Source: an uncultured Candidatus Rokubacteria bacterium (lineage in GTDB: Bacteria > Methylomirabilota > Methylomirabilia > Rokubacteriales > DASRDR01). From it: a DNA stretch of 64,000 nucleotides. The DNA lies in NCBI GenBank assembly GCA_963826115.1, contig CAWGVS010000012.1:768001-832000 (forward strand), in the 5' to 3' direction. The position numbers and the translations under genes were made by a program. The notes beneath the pieces are model-generated. The model did not search any database. It had not been told where the DNA came from and saw only the letters and a program-made list of their open reading frames with translations. Below, piece after piece: positions 30,516 to 39,706 of the stretch (within the stretch, counting starts at the first letter, position 1; every line of letters begins with the position of its first letter).

Positions 30516-31943
30516 ATGCCCCCCGCGCGGGTCAGCGTGATCATCCCCGTCTTCAACGCCGCGCGTTTCCTCGTCGAGGCGCTCGACAGCATCTGGGTCC
30601 AGCGCTACCCGGCGCTGGAGGTCCTCGTCGTCGACGACGGATCCACCGACGGGAGCGCCGCCCTCGTCTCGGCGCACCTCGCGCGGCAGCCCGCGCTGCG
30701 CTTCCTCAGGCTTCCCGGGAACGCCGGGCCCGCCGCGGCCCGCAACGTGGGGCTCGCGATGGCCCGGGGCGACCTCCTCACCTTTCTCGACGCCGACGAC
30801 CGGATGGCGCCGGAGCGGCTCGCGTTCCAGGCGGCCTACCTCGGGGCGCACGGCGACGTCGACGTGGTCGTGGGAACCGAGGCGATCGAGCTTGCGCCGG
30901 GCGTCCGGCCGCCCGTGTGGCTCGGGCTCCGCCGCGGGGCGCGGCCCCGCTACTACCAGATGTCGATGATGGCGCGCCGCGCCGCCTTCGAGCGGGTCGG
31001 GCCGTTCGACGAGTCGTTCCGCATGGGCTCGGACCACGAGTGGATGTGCCGGGCGGCGACCGCCGGCGTCCGGACGGCGCTCGTCGACCGCGTCCTCCTG
31101 GTGCGCCGGCTCCACGGCGGGAACCTCACGTACCGGATCGACGAGATGCGCCAGGCGATGGAGCGCGTGCTCCTGAAGTCGGCGCGCGACCGGATCCGGG
31201 GACGCGCGTCCCACGGGAGCCGGGCGGTTGTCTCGGTCGTCGTGCCGTTCCACGCCGCGGCCCGCTATCTCGGCGAGGCCGTGGCGAGCGTTCTCGCGCA
31301 GACCTACCGGCGCTGGGAGATCCTGCTCGTGGACGACGCGTCGGCCGACGGCAGCGCGGCCGTCGCGGCGGGGCTTGCCCGGACACACCCGGAAGTCCGT
31401 CTCCTGCGCCTTCCGGAGAACCGGGGCCCTGCGGCCGCCCGCAACCATGGCCTCGCGGCCGCGCGGGGCGAGCTGATCACCTTCCTCGACGCGGACGACG
31501 CGATGCTGCCCGACCGCCTGGCCACGCAGGTCGGGTATCTTGCGGCGCACGCGGACACGGACCTCGTCCTGGGCGCCGAGGAGCTGACGGTCGAGCCGGA
31601 CGCCCCGGCGGCGACCCGGCCCCGTCAGGCGGCCCGCGGGCCGGGCCCGCGGTATCACGTCATGTCGATGATGGTGCGGCGCGACGCGCTCCGGCGGGTG
31701 GGCGGGTTCGACCCGTCCTACCGCGTGGCGGAGGACCTCGACTGGCTGTTTCGCGCCGCGGCGGCCGGTCTCGTCGTCGGGATGCTCGACCGCGTCCTGA
31801 CGCGTCACCGGTGGCACCAGGCCAACCTCTCGTACCGGATTCCGGAGATCGAGGCGGGGATCCTCCGGTCCCTGCGGCAACGGCTCCGCGAGCGGCAGGC
31901 GGATGGGCTCCCCGCTGGTCAGCGTCGTCATCCCGTTCGCTAA
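30516..31943 (+). CDS. Tandem two-domain GT2 glycosyltransferase
   Basis: Two copies of SV(I/V)(I/V)P, VDDxSxDGS, GPAAARNxG, FLDADD, GxFD, HxxNL. Confidence 0.9.
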   Translation: MPPARVSVIIPVFNAARFLVEALDSIWVQRYPALEVLVVDDGSTDGSAALVSAHLARQPALRFLRLPGNAGPAAARNVGLAMARGDLLTFLDADDRMAPERLAFQAAYLGAHGDVDVVVGTEAIELAPGVRPPVWLGLRRGARPRYYQMSMMARRAAFERVGPFDESFRMGSDHEWMCRAATAGVRTALVDRVLLVRRLHGGNLTYRIDEMRQAMERVLLKSARDRIRGRASHGSRAVVSVVVPFHAAARYLGEAVASVLAQTYRRWEILLVDDASADGSAAVAAGLARTHPEVRLLRLPENRGPAAARNHGLAAARGELITFLDADDAMLPDRLATQVGYLAAHADTDLVLGAEELTVEPDAPAATRPRQAARGPGPRYHVMSMMVRRDALRRVGGFDPSYRVAEDLDWLFRAAAAGLVVGMLDRVLTRHRWHQANLSYRIPEIEAGILRSLRQRLRERQADGLPAGQRRHPVR

Positions 31944-32586
31944 CCACGAGCGGCACCTGGACGCCGCCGCGCGCGGCGTCCTCGGGCAGACGTACGCGCC
32001 GGTCGAGCTGATCCTGGTCGACGACGGGTCCACCGACGGGAGCGCCGCGCTCGCCCGGGCCTACGTTCCGCCGGCGCGCTACGTGCGGCGCGCCAACGGC
32101 GGGGCCGGCGCTGCCCGCAACACCGGGGTCGCGCGCGCGACGGGTGCATTCCTCGCGTTCTGCGACGTCGACGACGTGTGGCGCCCGACGAAGCTCGAGC
32201 GCCAGATGGCCGCCGTGCGGGGGGATCCGACGCTCGACGTGGCCTTCACGGGCGTCACGGAGGTCTGGACATCGGACGAGGCCGGCCCGCGCCCGGCGCC
32301 GCGGCAGAACGTCCCCGGGGCGCTCCCCTCGGCGATGCTGGTCCGGCGGGTGGCCTTCGAGCGCGTCGGCCCGTTTGCCGAGGGGCTCCGGGTCGGCGAG
32401 TGGGCAGAGTGGTACACGCGGATGCGTGCGGCCGGACTCCGGGAGGCCTGGCTGCCGGAGGTACTGGTCGTCCGGGGTCTCCACGCCCGCAACCACAGCG
32501 CGCTCCAGGCCGCGGCGCGGCTCGAGTACTGCGAGATCCTCCGCGCGCACATCCACCGCCAGCAGGCGCGAGGCGCGGGCGCGTGA
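31903..32586 (+). CDS. GT2 glycosyltransferase
   Basis: VSVVIPF, VDDGSTDGS, GAGAARNTG, FCDVDD. Confidence 0.9.
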   Translation: MGSPLVSVVIPFANHERHLDAAARGVLGQTYAPVELILVDDGSTDGSAALARAYVPPARYVRRANGGAGAARNTGVARATGAFLAFCDVDDVWRPTKLERQMAAVRGDPTLDVAFTGVTEVWTSDEAGPRPAPRQNVPGALPSAMLVRRVAFERVGPFAEGLRVGEWAEWYTRMRAAGLREAWLPEVLVVRGLHARNHSALQAAARLEYCEILRAHIHRQQARGAGA

Positions 32587-33335
32587 GCGACGGCCTCGTG
32601 TCCGTCGTCATCCCGTTCTACAACCCAGGCGTCTATCTGGCCGAGGCGGTCGCGAGCGTCCTTGGCCAGGCCTATCGGCCCCTCGAGGTCCTCCTGGTCG
32701 ACGACGAGTCGACGGACGGCTCGGCCGACGTGGCGGCGCGCCTCGCCGGGTCCGCGGCGCCGGTGCGGCTCCTCCGCCTCGCCACGAACCAGGGGCCGGC
32801 GGCCGCGCGCAACGCGGGACTCCGGGCGTCGCGGGGCGACTTCGTGACGTTCCTCGATGCCGACGACCTCATGGTCGCGGACCGTCTCGTCGTCCAGACC
32901 GCTCATCTCCGGGCCCACCCGACGGTCGATGCGGTCGTCGGCCTGGCGGACAACGTCCTCGAGCCCGGGGTCGTCCCGCCGGTCTGGCTCCGCTGGGTCG
33001 GCACCGGGGCCCACCCCGGCTACGCGTACGCGATGTCGGTGCTCACCCATCGCCGCGTCTTCGACCGGGTCGGTCTCTTCGACCCCGCGCTCCGCGTCGG
33101 CGAGGACACGGACTGGATGCTCCGCGCGCGGGCGGCCGGTGTCCGCATCGCCCGGATCGACCGGGTGCTGCTCCGTCGCCGGATCCACGGGGCCAACCTC
33201 TCGTACCGGACGGAGGAGATGCGCGCGGCGGCCCACCGGAGCGTCCTCCGCCTGGCGCGGCAGCGCATCACCCAGCGGGCGGGCGCGAGGGACGCGCCGC
33301 GCCGCCCGGCTCCCGCGGACGAAGCTCTTCCATGA
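32583..33335 (+). CDS. GT2 glycosyltransferase
   Basis: VSVVIPFYN, VDDESTDGS, GPAAARNAG, FLDADD, GEDTDW; GTGA overlap with the previous gene. Confidence 0.9.
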   Translation: MSDGLVSVVIPFYNPGVYLAEAVASVLGQAYRPLEVLLVDDESTDGSADVAARLAGSAAPVRLLRLATNQGPAAARNAGLRASRGDFVTFLDADDLMVADRLVVQTAHLRAHPTVDAVVGLADNVLEPGVVPPVWLRWVGTGAHPGYAYAMSVLTHRRVFDRVGLFDPALRVGEDTDWMLRARAAGVRIARIDRVLLRRRIHGANLSYRTEEMRAAAHRSVLRLARQRITQRAGARDAPRRPAPADEALP

Positions 33336-33519
33336 GCGCGGCCATCGCGAGGACGTAGGGCTCGGCCCAGCGGAGCTCGGGCCCGCCCCGCGAGGTCTGG
33401 TAGAGGCGCCCCCGGCCCCCGGCCACCGGCGAATTCCTGCCGCGCGCGGCCGAGACCGATGGGAGAGTGGCGTGCGAGATCGCCGGGGCCCTCCCGTGCC
33501 ATCTCCGGGAGGAGCCGCC

Positions 33520-34759
33520 GTGGGCGTCGCCGAGCGCTCGACCGTCCGAGCCCGTCTGGATCGCGCCCGCGGGCGTCGTCCGGGTCGCGTGCTCGTCCCG
33601 CTCGCCGTCTTGCTCCTCGTGTCGCCGGCCGCCGCGGCCGTGATCCGTCTCACCAGCGGCGGCGTGATCGAGGCGCAAGCGTGGCGCGAGGTGGGGGACG
33701 AGCTCGAGGTCGCCCTCGAGGGCGGGACCCTGCGCGTCCCGAAGGTGGACGTCCTGCGGATCGAGGGCCCCCCGCCGCGCCCCGCCGCCCCGCCGGTGCC
33801 CCCGCCGTCCGCGCGACCGATTCCCCCGCCCGTCGCGAAGGCCGCGCCGCTGGCGCCGAGCCCGACCTCGCCGCCGACGGCTGCCGCCGGTCCTCCCGAT
33901 CGCGGCTGTGCCCCGCCCGGTCTCCGTCACGCTCCCGGCCCCGCCGGCGGCGCACTCGATCCCCGCGTCGGTCGCGAAGGGCACGCCGAGCGCGCCGAGC
34001 CCGACCCCGTCGCTCCGGCCGGCGCCCGCAGCGCCGCCCCCGCCGGCCGCCGTCGCGCTCCCGGCTCCGCCGCCGGCCGCGCCCCCGATCCCGGAGGCCG
34101 TCGCGAAGACCGCGCCGAGTGCCCCGGCATCCCCACGGCCGACTCCCGCCCCGGTGCCGCCCGCCGCGTCGATCGCGGCGGCGCCCCTCACACCCCGACC
34201 CCCGACGGTGGTGGCGGATGGCCGCCCGGTGGACCAGTGGCGGCGCGACCTCGTGTCGCCGGCGGTCGAGGTCCGGCGCCGGGCCGCGAGCGCGCTCGCG
34301 CAGCTCGCCGAGAGCGACGCCGACACCGTCGTTCCCCTGCTGACCCCGGCGCTCAAGGACGGCGACGCGCAGGTGCGGGTCGCGGCGGCGCTGGCGTTGG
34401 GGCCGCGCGGGCGGGAGCCACAGGCCGTCACGGCGGTGCTCGTCTCGACCCTGGGCGCGACCGACGTCGCGCGGCGCCGGACGGGCAGCCAGGTCCTCGT
34501 GATGATGGGGCCGGCGGCGAAGGACGCGGCGCCGGCGCTGCTCCTCGCGTTCGCGAGCGACCCGGACGCGACGGTCCGCCAGAATGCCGCGACGGCGCTC
34601 CGCCAGATCGGCCCCGCGGCCGAGGAGGTCGTCCCGGGCCTGACGAGCGCGCTCCGGCACAAGGACCCCGCGGTGCGTCGCGCCGCGGCGACGCTGCTCG
34701 GCGACCTCGGGAGCGCCGAGTCGGCGATCCCGAAAGGCGCGCCCGCGCCGCGCCCCTAG
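33520..34759 (+). CDS. Exported Pro-rich-linker HEAT-repeat protein, frameshifted near 33890
   Basis: GGAGG RBS, signal-like LAVLLLVSPAAAA and a small beta domain; the Pro/Ala linker switches frame into ORF 33908-34759 with repeated VR..AA.AL HEAT units. Confidence 0.7.
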
Positions 34760-34834
34760 CCAGTCGCCCGCGTCGCGGCGGCCGGCGCCGAATTCCTGTC
34801 GGGCGCGCCGGAGGCGGTGGGAGACTGGAGGCCG

Positions 34835-35215
34835 ATGCTCCGGACCCGCATCCTCCGCCCGCGCTGGCTCAGCGTGGCCCTCGTGGTGTGGGCCGCCGCG
34901 TGGTGCGCCCTCCCCGCGCCGGCCGACGGGGCGCCGCTTCCGCCGACCCGGGCGCCGGCCGCCGAGGGGGCGCCGGCGGACGTCGAGCTCCAGGTCCTCC
35001 GGACGGCCCTGGTCGGCCAGGGCCTCACCCCCGCGGACGCCGACCTCGTCATGGCACGCCTCACGCCCGCGGAGCGCGCGGAGCTCGCCCAGCGCGCCGG
35101 CGAGGCGGCCGTGGGGGGGGACCCCGCCCTCCTCCTCATCATCGGCATCATTCTGGTGGTGGCGATCCTCCTCTATCTCCCCATGGCGGGCCGCATGCAG
35201 GGGTGGTGGCAGTAG
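34835..35215 (+). CDS. PA2779-family-like exported membrane-anchored protein
   Basis: Signal peptide, GLTPADA...ARLTPAERAELA...AVGGD followed by a TM segment. Confidence 0.7.
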   Translation: MLRTRILRPRWLSVALVVWAAAWCALPAPADGAPLPPTRAPAAEGAPADVELQVLRTALVGQGLTPADADLVMARLTPAERAELAQRAGEAAVGGDPALLLIIGIILVVAILLYLPMAGRMQGWWQ

Positions 35216-35262
35216 TCCACGCCGCCTGACCCGGCCCGCCCGGGCGGCCCGTCGGGGCCGCG

Positions 35263-35291
35263 TTGACAGCCCTCCCGGTGGGGCATAGAGT
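35263..35291 (+). promoter_or_regulatory. sigma70 promoter of the CBS gene
   Basis: TTGACA-17 bp-TAGAGT. Confidence 0.6.
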
Positions 35292-35351
35292 CGCGGAAAG
35301 TCGCCCGGCGGGCGCCGTTCCGCCGGGTCCGACCGTTGGAGGTGGCGGGCC

Positions 35352-35882
35352 ATGGAAGCACGGGAGTACCACGACGCCTACTCGGAGTCGCTCGAGGCGG
35401 ACTTCCAGGAGCTCGAGAGCGCCCTCCTCAGCGACACGGTCAAGATCCTGGCGCCGAACGAGCCGATCAAATGCTCGCCGGACACGACGGTCCACGCGGC
35501 CATCCTGCAGATGGCGGAGAAGCGCCGGGCGTCGGTCGTGATCGTCGACAAGCAGGGCCAGCTGCGCGGCATCTTCACCGAGCGCGACCTGCTACGCCGG
35601 GTGGCGGTGCCGGGGCGCGACCCGAAGACGACGCCGCTCTCCGACGTGATGACGCGGGACCCCGAGTCGCTGGGCCCGGATGCGCTGATCGCCTACGCGA
35701 TCAACCGGCTCCACAACGCGAGCTACCGGACGATTCCCCTCGTGGACGCCCAGGGTCGCCCGATCGGCGTCATGACCGTGAACGACATCGTCCAGTGGCT
35801 GGCGGAGCTGTTCCCCGAGGCGATCCTCAACGCGCCGCCGGGGGGCGCGCTGAAGCGCCCGCACGACGTCGACGCGGGCTAG
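35352..35882 (+). CDS. CBS-domain pair protein
   Basis: GIFTERDLL, DVMTRDP, IPLVD...IGVMTVNDI; GGAGG RBS. Confidence 0.9.
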   Translation: MEAREYHDAYSESLEADFQELESALLSDTVKILAPNEPIKCSPDTTVHAAILQMAEKRRASVVIVDKQGQLRGIFTERDLLRRVAVPGRDPKTTPLSDVMTRDPESLGPDALIAYAINRLHNASYRTIPLVDAQGRPIGVMTVNDIVQWLAELFPEAILNAPPGGALKRPHDVDAG

Positions 35883-35976
35883 GGCCCGCGCGCGCCGGTC
35901 CCCGAAACGCAAACCGCCCCCGGAGTCCGTCCGGGGGCGATGTCGCGCGAGCGCGCGTCGGCCTGGTCGTGGGCCG

Positions 35977-36264
35977 CTACTTCACCTGCTCGGCGAGCCA
36001 CTTCGCGGCCTTCGCCTGCGCCTCGGAGATGCCGTGCTTGCCGGTGGCGTGCGACGCCTCGGCGTCCTTCGAGAGCGCCTTGGCCTCCTCGATCATGCCG
36101 GCGTTGCGCGCCTTCTGCCGGTCGTCGCCCATCCCGGCCTTGGGCTCGGCGGCGGCGATGGCCTCGTTGGCGGCCTTGACCAGCGTGGGGCAGCTGAAGG
36201 CCCAGGCGGAGCCGGCGGCGAGCCCCACCACGAGCGCGAGCGAGAGCGTGAGCCACGTCCGCAT
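35977..36264 (-). CDS. Small secreted helical protein (FSCP...H motif)
   Basis: GAGGAGG RBS, signal peptide ending AWA, mature N-terminus FSCPTL. Confidence 0.75.
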   Translation of the reverse strand: MRTWLTLSLALVVGLAAGSAWAFSCPTLVKAANEAIAAAEPKAGMGDDRQKARNAGMIEEAKALSKDAEASHATGKHGISEAQAKAAKWLAEQVK

Positions 36265-36373
36265 CGTCGACCTCCTCAGCGGGTGAGCATGGACGGCGCG
36301 ACAGCCTCGCCAGGGGAACGGCCCGTCGTCCGGCAAGGTTCCCGGGGTGCCGGTGCCCGGGGCGGAACGTCCC

Positions 36374-36382
36374 TGGTATAAT
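36374..36382 (+). promoter_or_regulatory. Extended -10 promoter of the nuo operon
   Basis: TGGTATAAT ending 10 nt before the nuoA GTG. Confidence 0.65.
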
Positions 36383-36392
36383 ACCGGCCGCC

Positions 36393-36746
36393 GTGGCAGA
36401 GTACCTCCCCGTTCTCGTCTTTCTCGTGATGATCGTGGCCTTCGGGGGCGCGAGCCTCGTCGCGGCCGCGCTGGTGCGCCCCTCGCGTCCGACCGTGGCG
36501 AAGCTCCAGAGCTACGAGTGCGGCCCCGATCCCGTCGGACCCGCCTGGATCCGGTTCCCGGTGGGCTTCTACCTGGTGGCCCTCGTCTTCATCGTCTTCG
36601 ACGCCCTGGTGGTCTTCCTCTTCCCCTGGGCCCTCGTCCTCCGCGCGCTCGGCTGGGCCGCCTTCGGGCCGATGGCGCTCTTCCTCGCGATCCTGGGGCT
36701 CGGCTGGCTCTACGCCTACCGGGAGGGCGTGCTCGCGTGGAAATAA
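36393..36746 (+). CDS. nuoA: Complex I subunit A
   Basis: [32 protein letters not shown]. Confidence 0.95.
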   Translation: MAEYLPVLVFLVMIVAFGGASLVAAALVRPSRPTVAKLQSYECGPDPVGPAWIRFPVGFYLVALVFIVFDALVVFLFPWALVLRALGWAAFGPMALFLAILGLGWLYAYREGVLAWK

Positions 36747-37375
36747 AGCCGCCGATCCCGGTCATTCCCCCGCCGGCCTGGGAGGAGATGAAGGATCTCC
36801 AGGAGTGGGTGAAGTACCGGCAGGAGCGGCCGAGCGGGGACCACGTCTCGGCGACGGTGGCGGCGCTCTGGGACCGGCTCGAGCACTTCCCGGGGGGCTG
36901 GCTCGCGGTGACCTCGACCAGCAAGCTGTTCAACTGGGCGCGGAAGTCGTCGATGTGGCCGGTGACGTTCGGGCTCGCCTGCTGCGCGATCGAGATGATG
37001 GCGACGTTCGCGTCCCGATTCGACGTGGAGCGCCTGGGGATGGTGCCGTGGGCCTCGCCCCGCCACGCGGACCTCATGATCGTGTCGGGGACCGTGACGA
37101 TCAAGATGGCGCCCATGCTGAAGCGGATCTACGAGCAGATGGCGGATCCGAAGTGGTGCATCTCCATGGGCTCGTGCGCCAACTCGGGCGGGCCCTTCCG
37201 CCACGGGTACCACGTCGTGAAGGGCGTCGACCGGGTCGTTCCCGTCGACGTGTACGTCCCGGGCTGCCCGCCGACGCCCGAGTCCCTCATGTACGGCATT
37301 CTCAAGCTCCACGAGAAGGTCGCCGAGTACCAAGAAACCGGCCATCGCACCCCGCCGGGCGCGCCCCCGGACTGA
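36737..37375 (+). CDS. nuoB: Complex I subunit B
   Basis: [30 protein letters not shown] (N2 ligands). Confidence 0.95.
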   Translation: MEIKPPIPVIPPPAWEEMKDLQEWVKYRQERPSGDHVSATVAALWDRLEHFPGGWLAVTSTSKLFNWARKSSMWPVTFGLACCAIEMMATFASRFDVERLGMVPWASPRHADLMIVSGTVTIKMAPMLKRIYEQMADPKWCISMGSCANSGGPFRHGYHVVKGVDRVVPVDVYVPGCPPTPESLMYGILKLHEKVAEYQETGHRTPPGAPPD

Positions 37376-37387
37376 GCCCATCCGCCG

Positions 37388-37858
37388 GTGACCGCGGAGA
37401 CGGCGATCGCGCGCCTGCGGGAGACCCTCGGGGTCGAGGCCACGGGCGAGGATCCCAAGCGCCCCCTCGACCTCCGGCACCTCGTCGCCACCGTGCCCGT
37501 CGAGCGCTGGGTCGAGGCCCTCACGTTCGCGCGGGACGGGCTCGGGTGCCGCTACTTCTGCCATCTCACTGCGGTCGACTGGAAGGCGGAGGGGTTCGAG
37601 GTGGTGTGCCGCGTGGAGAACCTCGAGACGCACCTGGGGTTGACCCTCAAGACCCGGGTCGGCCGCGAGGCGCCGTGCCCGAGCCTCACCGGCCTCTTCC
37701 GGGGCGCGCTCTGGATGGAACGCGAGTGCCACGAGCTGTTCGGGATCCGCTTCGAGGGGCACCCCGACCTCCGGCGGCTCCTGCTCCCGGAGGACTGGGA
37801 AGGCTATCCCCTCCGCAAGGACTACGCGGTCGACACGCCGCATCCCCCATACCGATGA
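37388..37858 (+). CDS. nuoC: Complex I subunit C
   Basis: [41 protein letters not shown]. Confidence 0.95.
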   Translation: MTAETAIARLRETLGVEATGEDPKRPLDLRHLVATVPVERWVEALTFARDGLGCRYFCHLTAVDWKAEGFEVVCRVENLETHLGLTLKTRVGREAPCPSLTGLFRGALWMERECHELFGIRFEGHPDLRRLLLPEDWEGYPLRKDYAVDTPHPPYR

Positions 37859-37877
37859 ATCCCGACGGGAGGCCCCG

Positions 37878-38516
37878 ATGATCCACGAGCTCCGCCGCTA
37901 CCAGGTCAAGCCGGGTAAGCTCGCCACCTACGTCGAGCAGTCCGGCTCGATCGGCCGGCCCATCCGGGGCGACCGCTACGGGAAGCTCCTCGGCTACTGG
38001 TCGACGGAGCTCGGGCCCCTCAACCAGGTCGTCCACCTGTGGGAGTACCCGGACCTCGCGGCGCGGGCGACCGCGCGCGCCGGGCTCGCGAAGGACGAGC
38101 GCTGGGTCAAGGAGTACCTGCCGGTGAGCGGTCCGCTCCTCGAGGCCCAGGAGAACATGATCCTGACGCCCTTCGACTGGGCGCCCTTCCGGCCGACCAC
38201 CGGGATGGGGCTCCACGAGCTGCGCGTCTACCGCCTCCACCCGGGGAAGCTCGCCGCCTACGGCGAGGCGATGCGGGAGGCGCTGCCGATCCGGGAGAAG
38301 CACTCCGCGCCCGTCGCGTACTGGCTCGTCGAGATCGGCTCCCTCAACACGGTCGTCCACCTCTGGGGCTACCGGGACCTCGCCCACCGCGCCGAGGTGC
38401 GCAAGGGGCTCGCTGCCGACGCCGCGTGGCAGACGGCCGTCGGCCGCCTGATGCCGCTCCTCCAGGCCCAGGAGGCGACGATCCTGGTCCCCACGAGCTA
38501 CTCCCCCTGCCGGTAG
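37878..38516 (+). CDS. Tandem NIPSNAP-domain protein
   Basis: Two repeats of HELRxY..PGK...G.LNxVVHLWxYxDLAxRA; GGAGG RBS. Confidence 0.92.
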   Translation: MIHELRRYQVKPGKLATYVEQSGSIGRPIRGDRYGKLLGYWSTELGPLNQVVHLWEYPDLAARATARAGLAKDERWVKEYLPVSGPLLEAQENMILTPFDWAPFRPTTGMGLHELRVYRLHPGKLAAYGEAMREALPIREKHSAPVAYWLVEIGSLNTVVHLWGYRDLAHRAEVRKGLAADAAWQTAVGRLMPLLQAQEATILVPTSYSPCR

Positions 38517-38541
38517 GCCCCGGGAGGCAAGGACCGACCCC

Positions 38542-39702
38542 ATGACCGCGCCCGCCCGGACCGTCGTCGAGTACGGCTACGGCGGCAACGAGCGCCTCGT
38601 GATGAACATGGGGCCGCAGCACCCGTCCGCCCACGGCGTCTTCCGCATGATCCTCACGCTCGAGGGCGAGACGATCGTCGACGTCGACCCGGTGATCGGC
38701 TACCTCCACCGGTGCCACGAGAAGCTCGGCGAGTCCTTGACCTACGTCCAGTACCCGTCGATCGCCTCGAAGACCGACTACGTGTCGGCGATGACCGCGG
38801 AGCTCTGCTACGTGCGCGCGGCGGAGCAGCTCGGCCAGATCGAGGTGCCGGCGCGCGCCCAGCACCTCCGGGTGCTGGTGGCGGAGCTCCAGCGGGTGGC
38901 GTCGCACTGCCTCTGGCTCGGGACCTGGTGCATGGACATGGGGGGCGCCCTCGGCGGCGGGGCCACCATGTTCCTCTACTGCTTCCGCGAGCGGGAGATG
39001 ATCCTGGACCTGTTCGAGGCGCTCACGGGCGCGCGCCTCCTCTACGGGTTCCACCAGGTCGGCGGGATCCGGTACGACATCCCCGCCGGGTGGGCGGGCA
39101 AGGTCCGCGAGACGCTCGCCCACATCGAGGGGCGGCTCCACGAGTACGAGGCGCTCCTCGAGGGAAACACGATCTTCCTGGTCCGCACGCAGGGCGTGGG
39201 CGTGATCTCCCCCGCGCTCGCCCAGGAGGTCGGGGTGTCGGGCCCGCTCCTCCGGGGCTCCGGCTTCGCCCACGACCTCCGGCGGGTGGAGCCCTACGCC
39301 GCGTACGAGGCGTTCGCCTTCGACATCCCCGTCGAGACCGCCGGCGACTGCTTCGCGCGCTACCGCGTCCGGATGCAGGAGTTCCGGCAGGCGATCCGGA
39401 TCGTCCGCCAGGCGCTGGACGGCTTGCCCGAGGGTCCGATCTCGTCGCGCCCCGGCGTGAAGTCGATCGGCCAGGTGAAGCTCCCGAAGGGCGAGGCGTA
39501 CGCGCGCGTCGAGAGCCCGCGGGGCGAGGTCGGCATCTACCTGGTGTCGGACGGGTCGACGAAGCCCTACCGGATGAAGTGGCGCGGCGCCTCGTTCTCG
39601 AACCTCGCGGTGGCCGGCCACATCCTCCCGGGCCACAAGATCGCCGACGCCGTCGCGATCCTGGGCTCGATCGACCCGGTCTTCGGCGAGGTCGACCGCT
39701 AG
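38542..39702 (+). CDS. nuoD: Complex I subunit D
   Basis: NMGPQHPSAHGV, IGYLHR, VESPRGE, GSIDPVFGEVDR; no NiFe CxxC pairs. Confidence 0.95.
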   Translation: MTAPARTVVEYGYGGNERLVMNMGPQHPSAHGVFRMILTLEGETIVDVDPVIGYLHRCHEKLGESLTYVQYPSIASKTDYVSAMTAELCYVRAAEQLGQIEVPARAQHLRVLVAELQRVASHCLWLGTWCMDMGGALGGGATMFLYCFREREMILDLFEALTGARLLYGFHQVGGIRYDIPAGWAGKVRETLAHIEGRLHEYEALLEGNTIFLVRTQGVGVISPALAQEVGVSGPLLRGSGFAHDLRRVEPYAAYEAFAFDIPVETAGDCFARYRVRMQEFRQAIRIVRQALDGLPEGPISSRPGVKSIGQVKLPKGEAYARVESPRGEVGIYLVSDGSTKPYRMKWRGASFSNLAVAGHILPGHKIADAVAILGSIDPVFGEVDR

Positions 39703-39706
39703 CGCG

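Noticed and set aside
28973-31222. Similar ~20-mer CGCGCGTC(GC)CCACGGGAGCCG upstream of pqqD and at the GT2 domain junction
   Set aside because: Short, GC-rich and gapped; cannot be told apart from chance
33332-33358. Tiny ORF MSAAIART after the last GT2 as a RiPP precursor
   Set aside because: Eight codons, no leader motif and no RBS
36737-39702. Group 4 NiFe hydrogenase interpretation
   Set aside because: The large subunit lacks both CxxC Ni-binding motifs, and NuoB has the tandem CC of complex I
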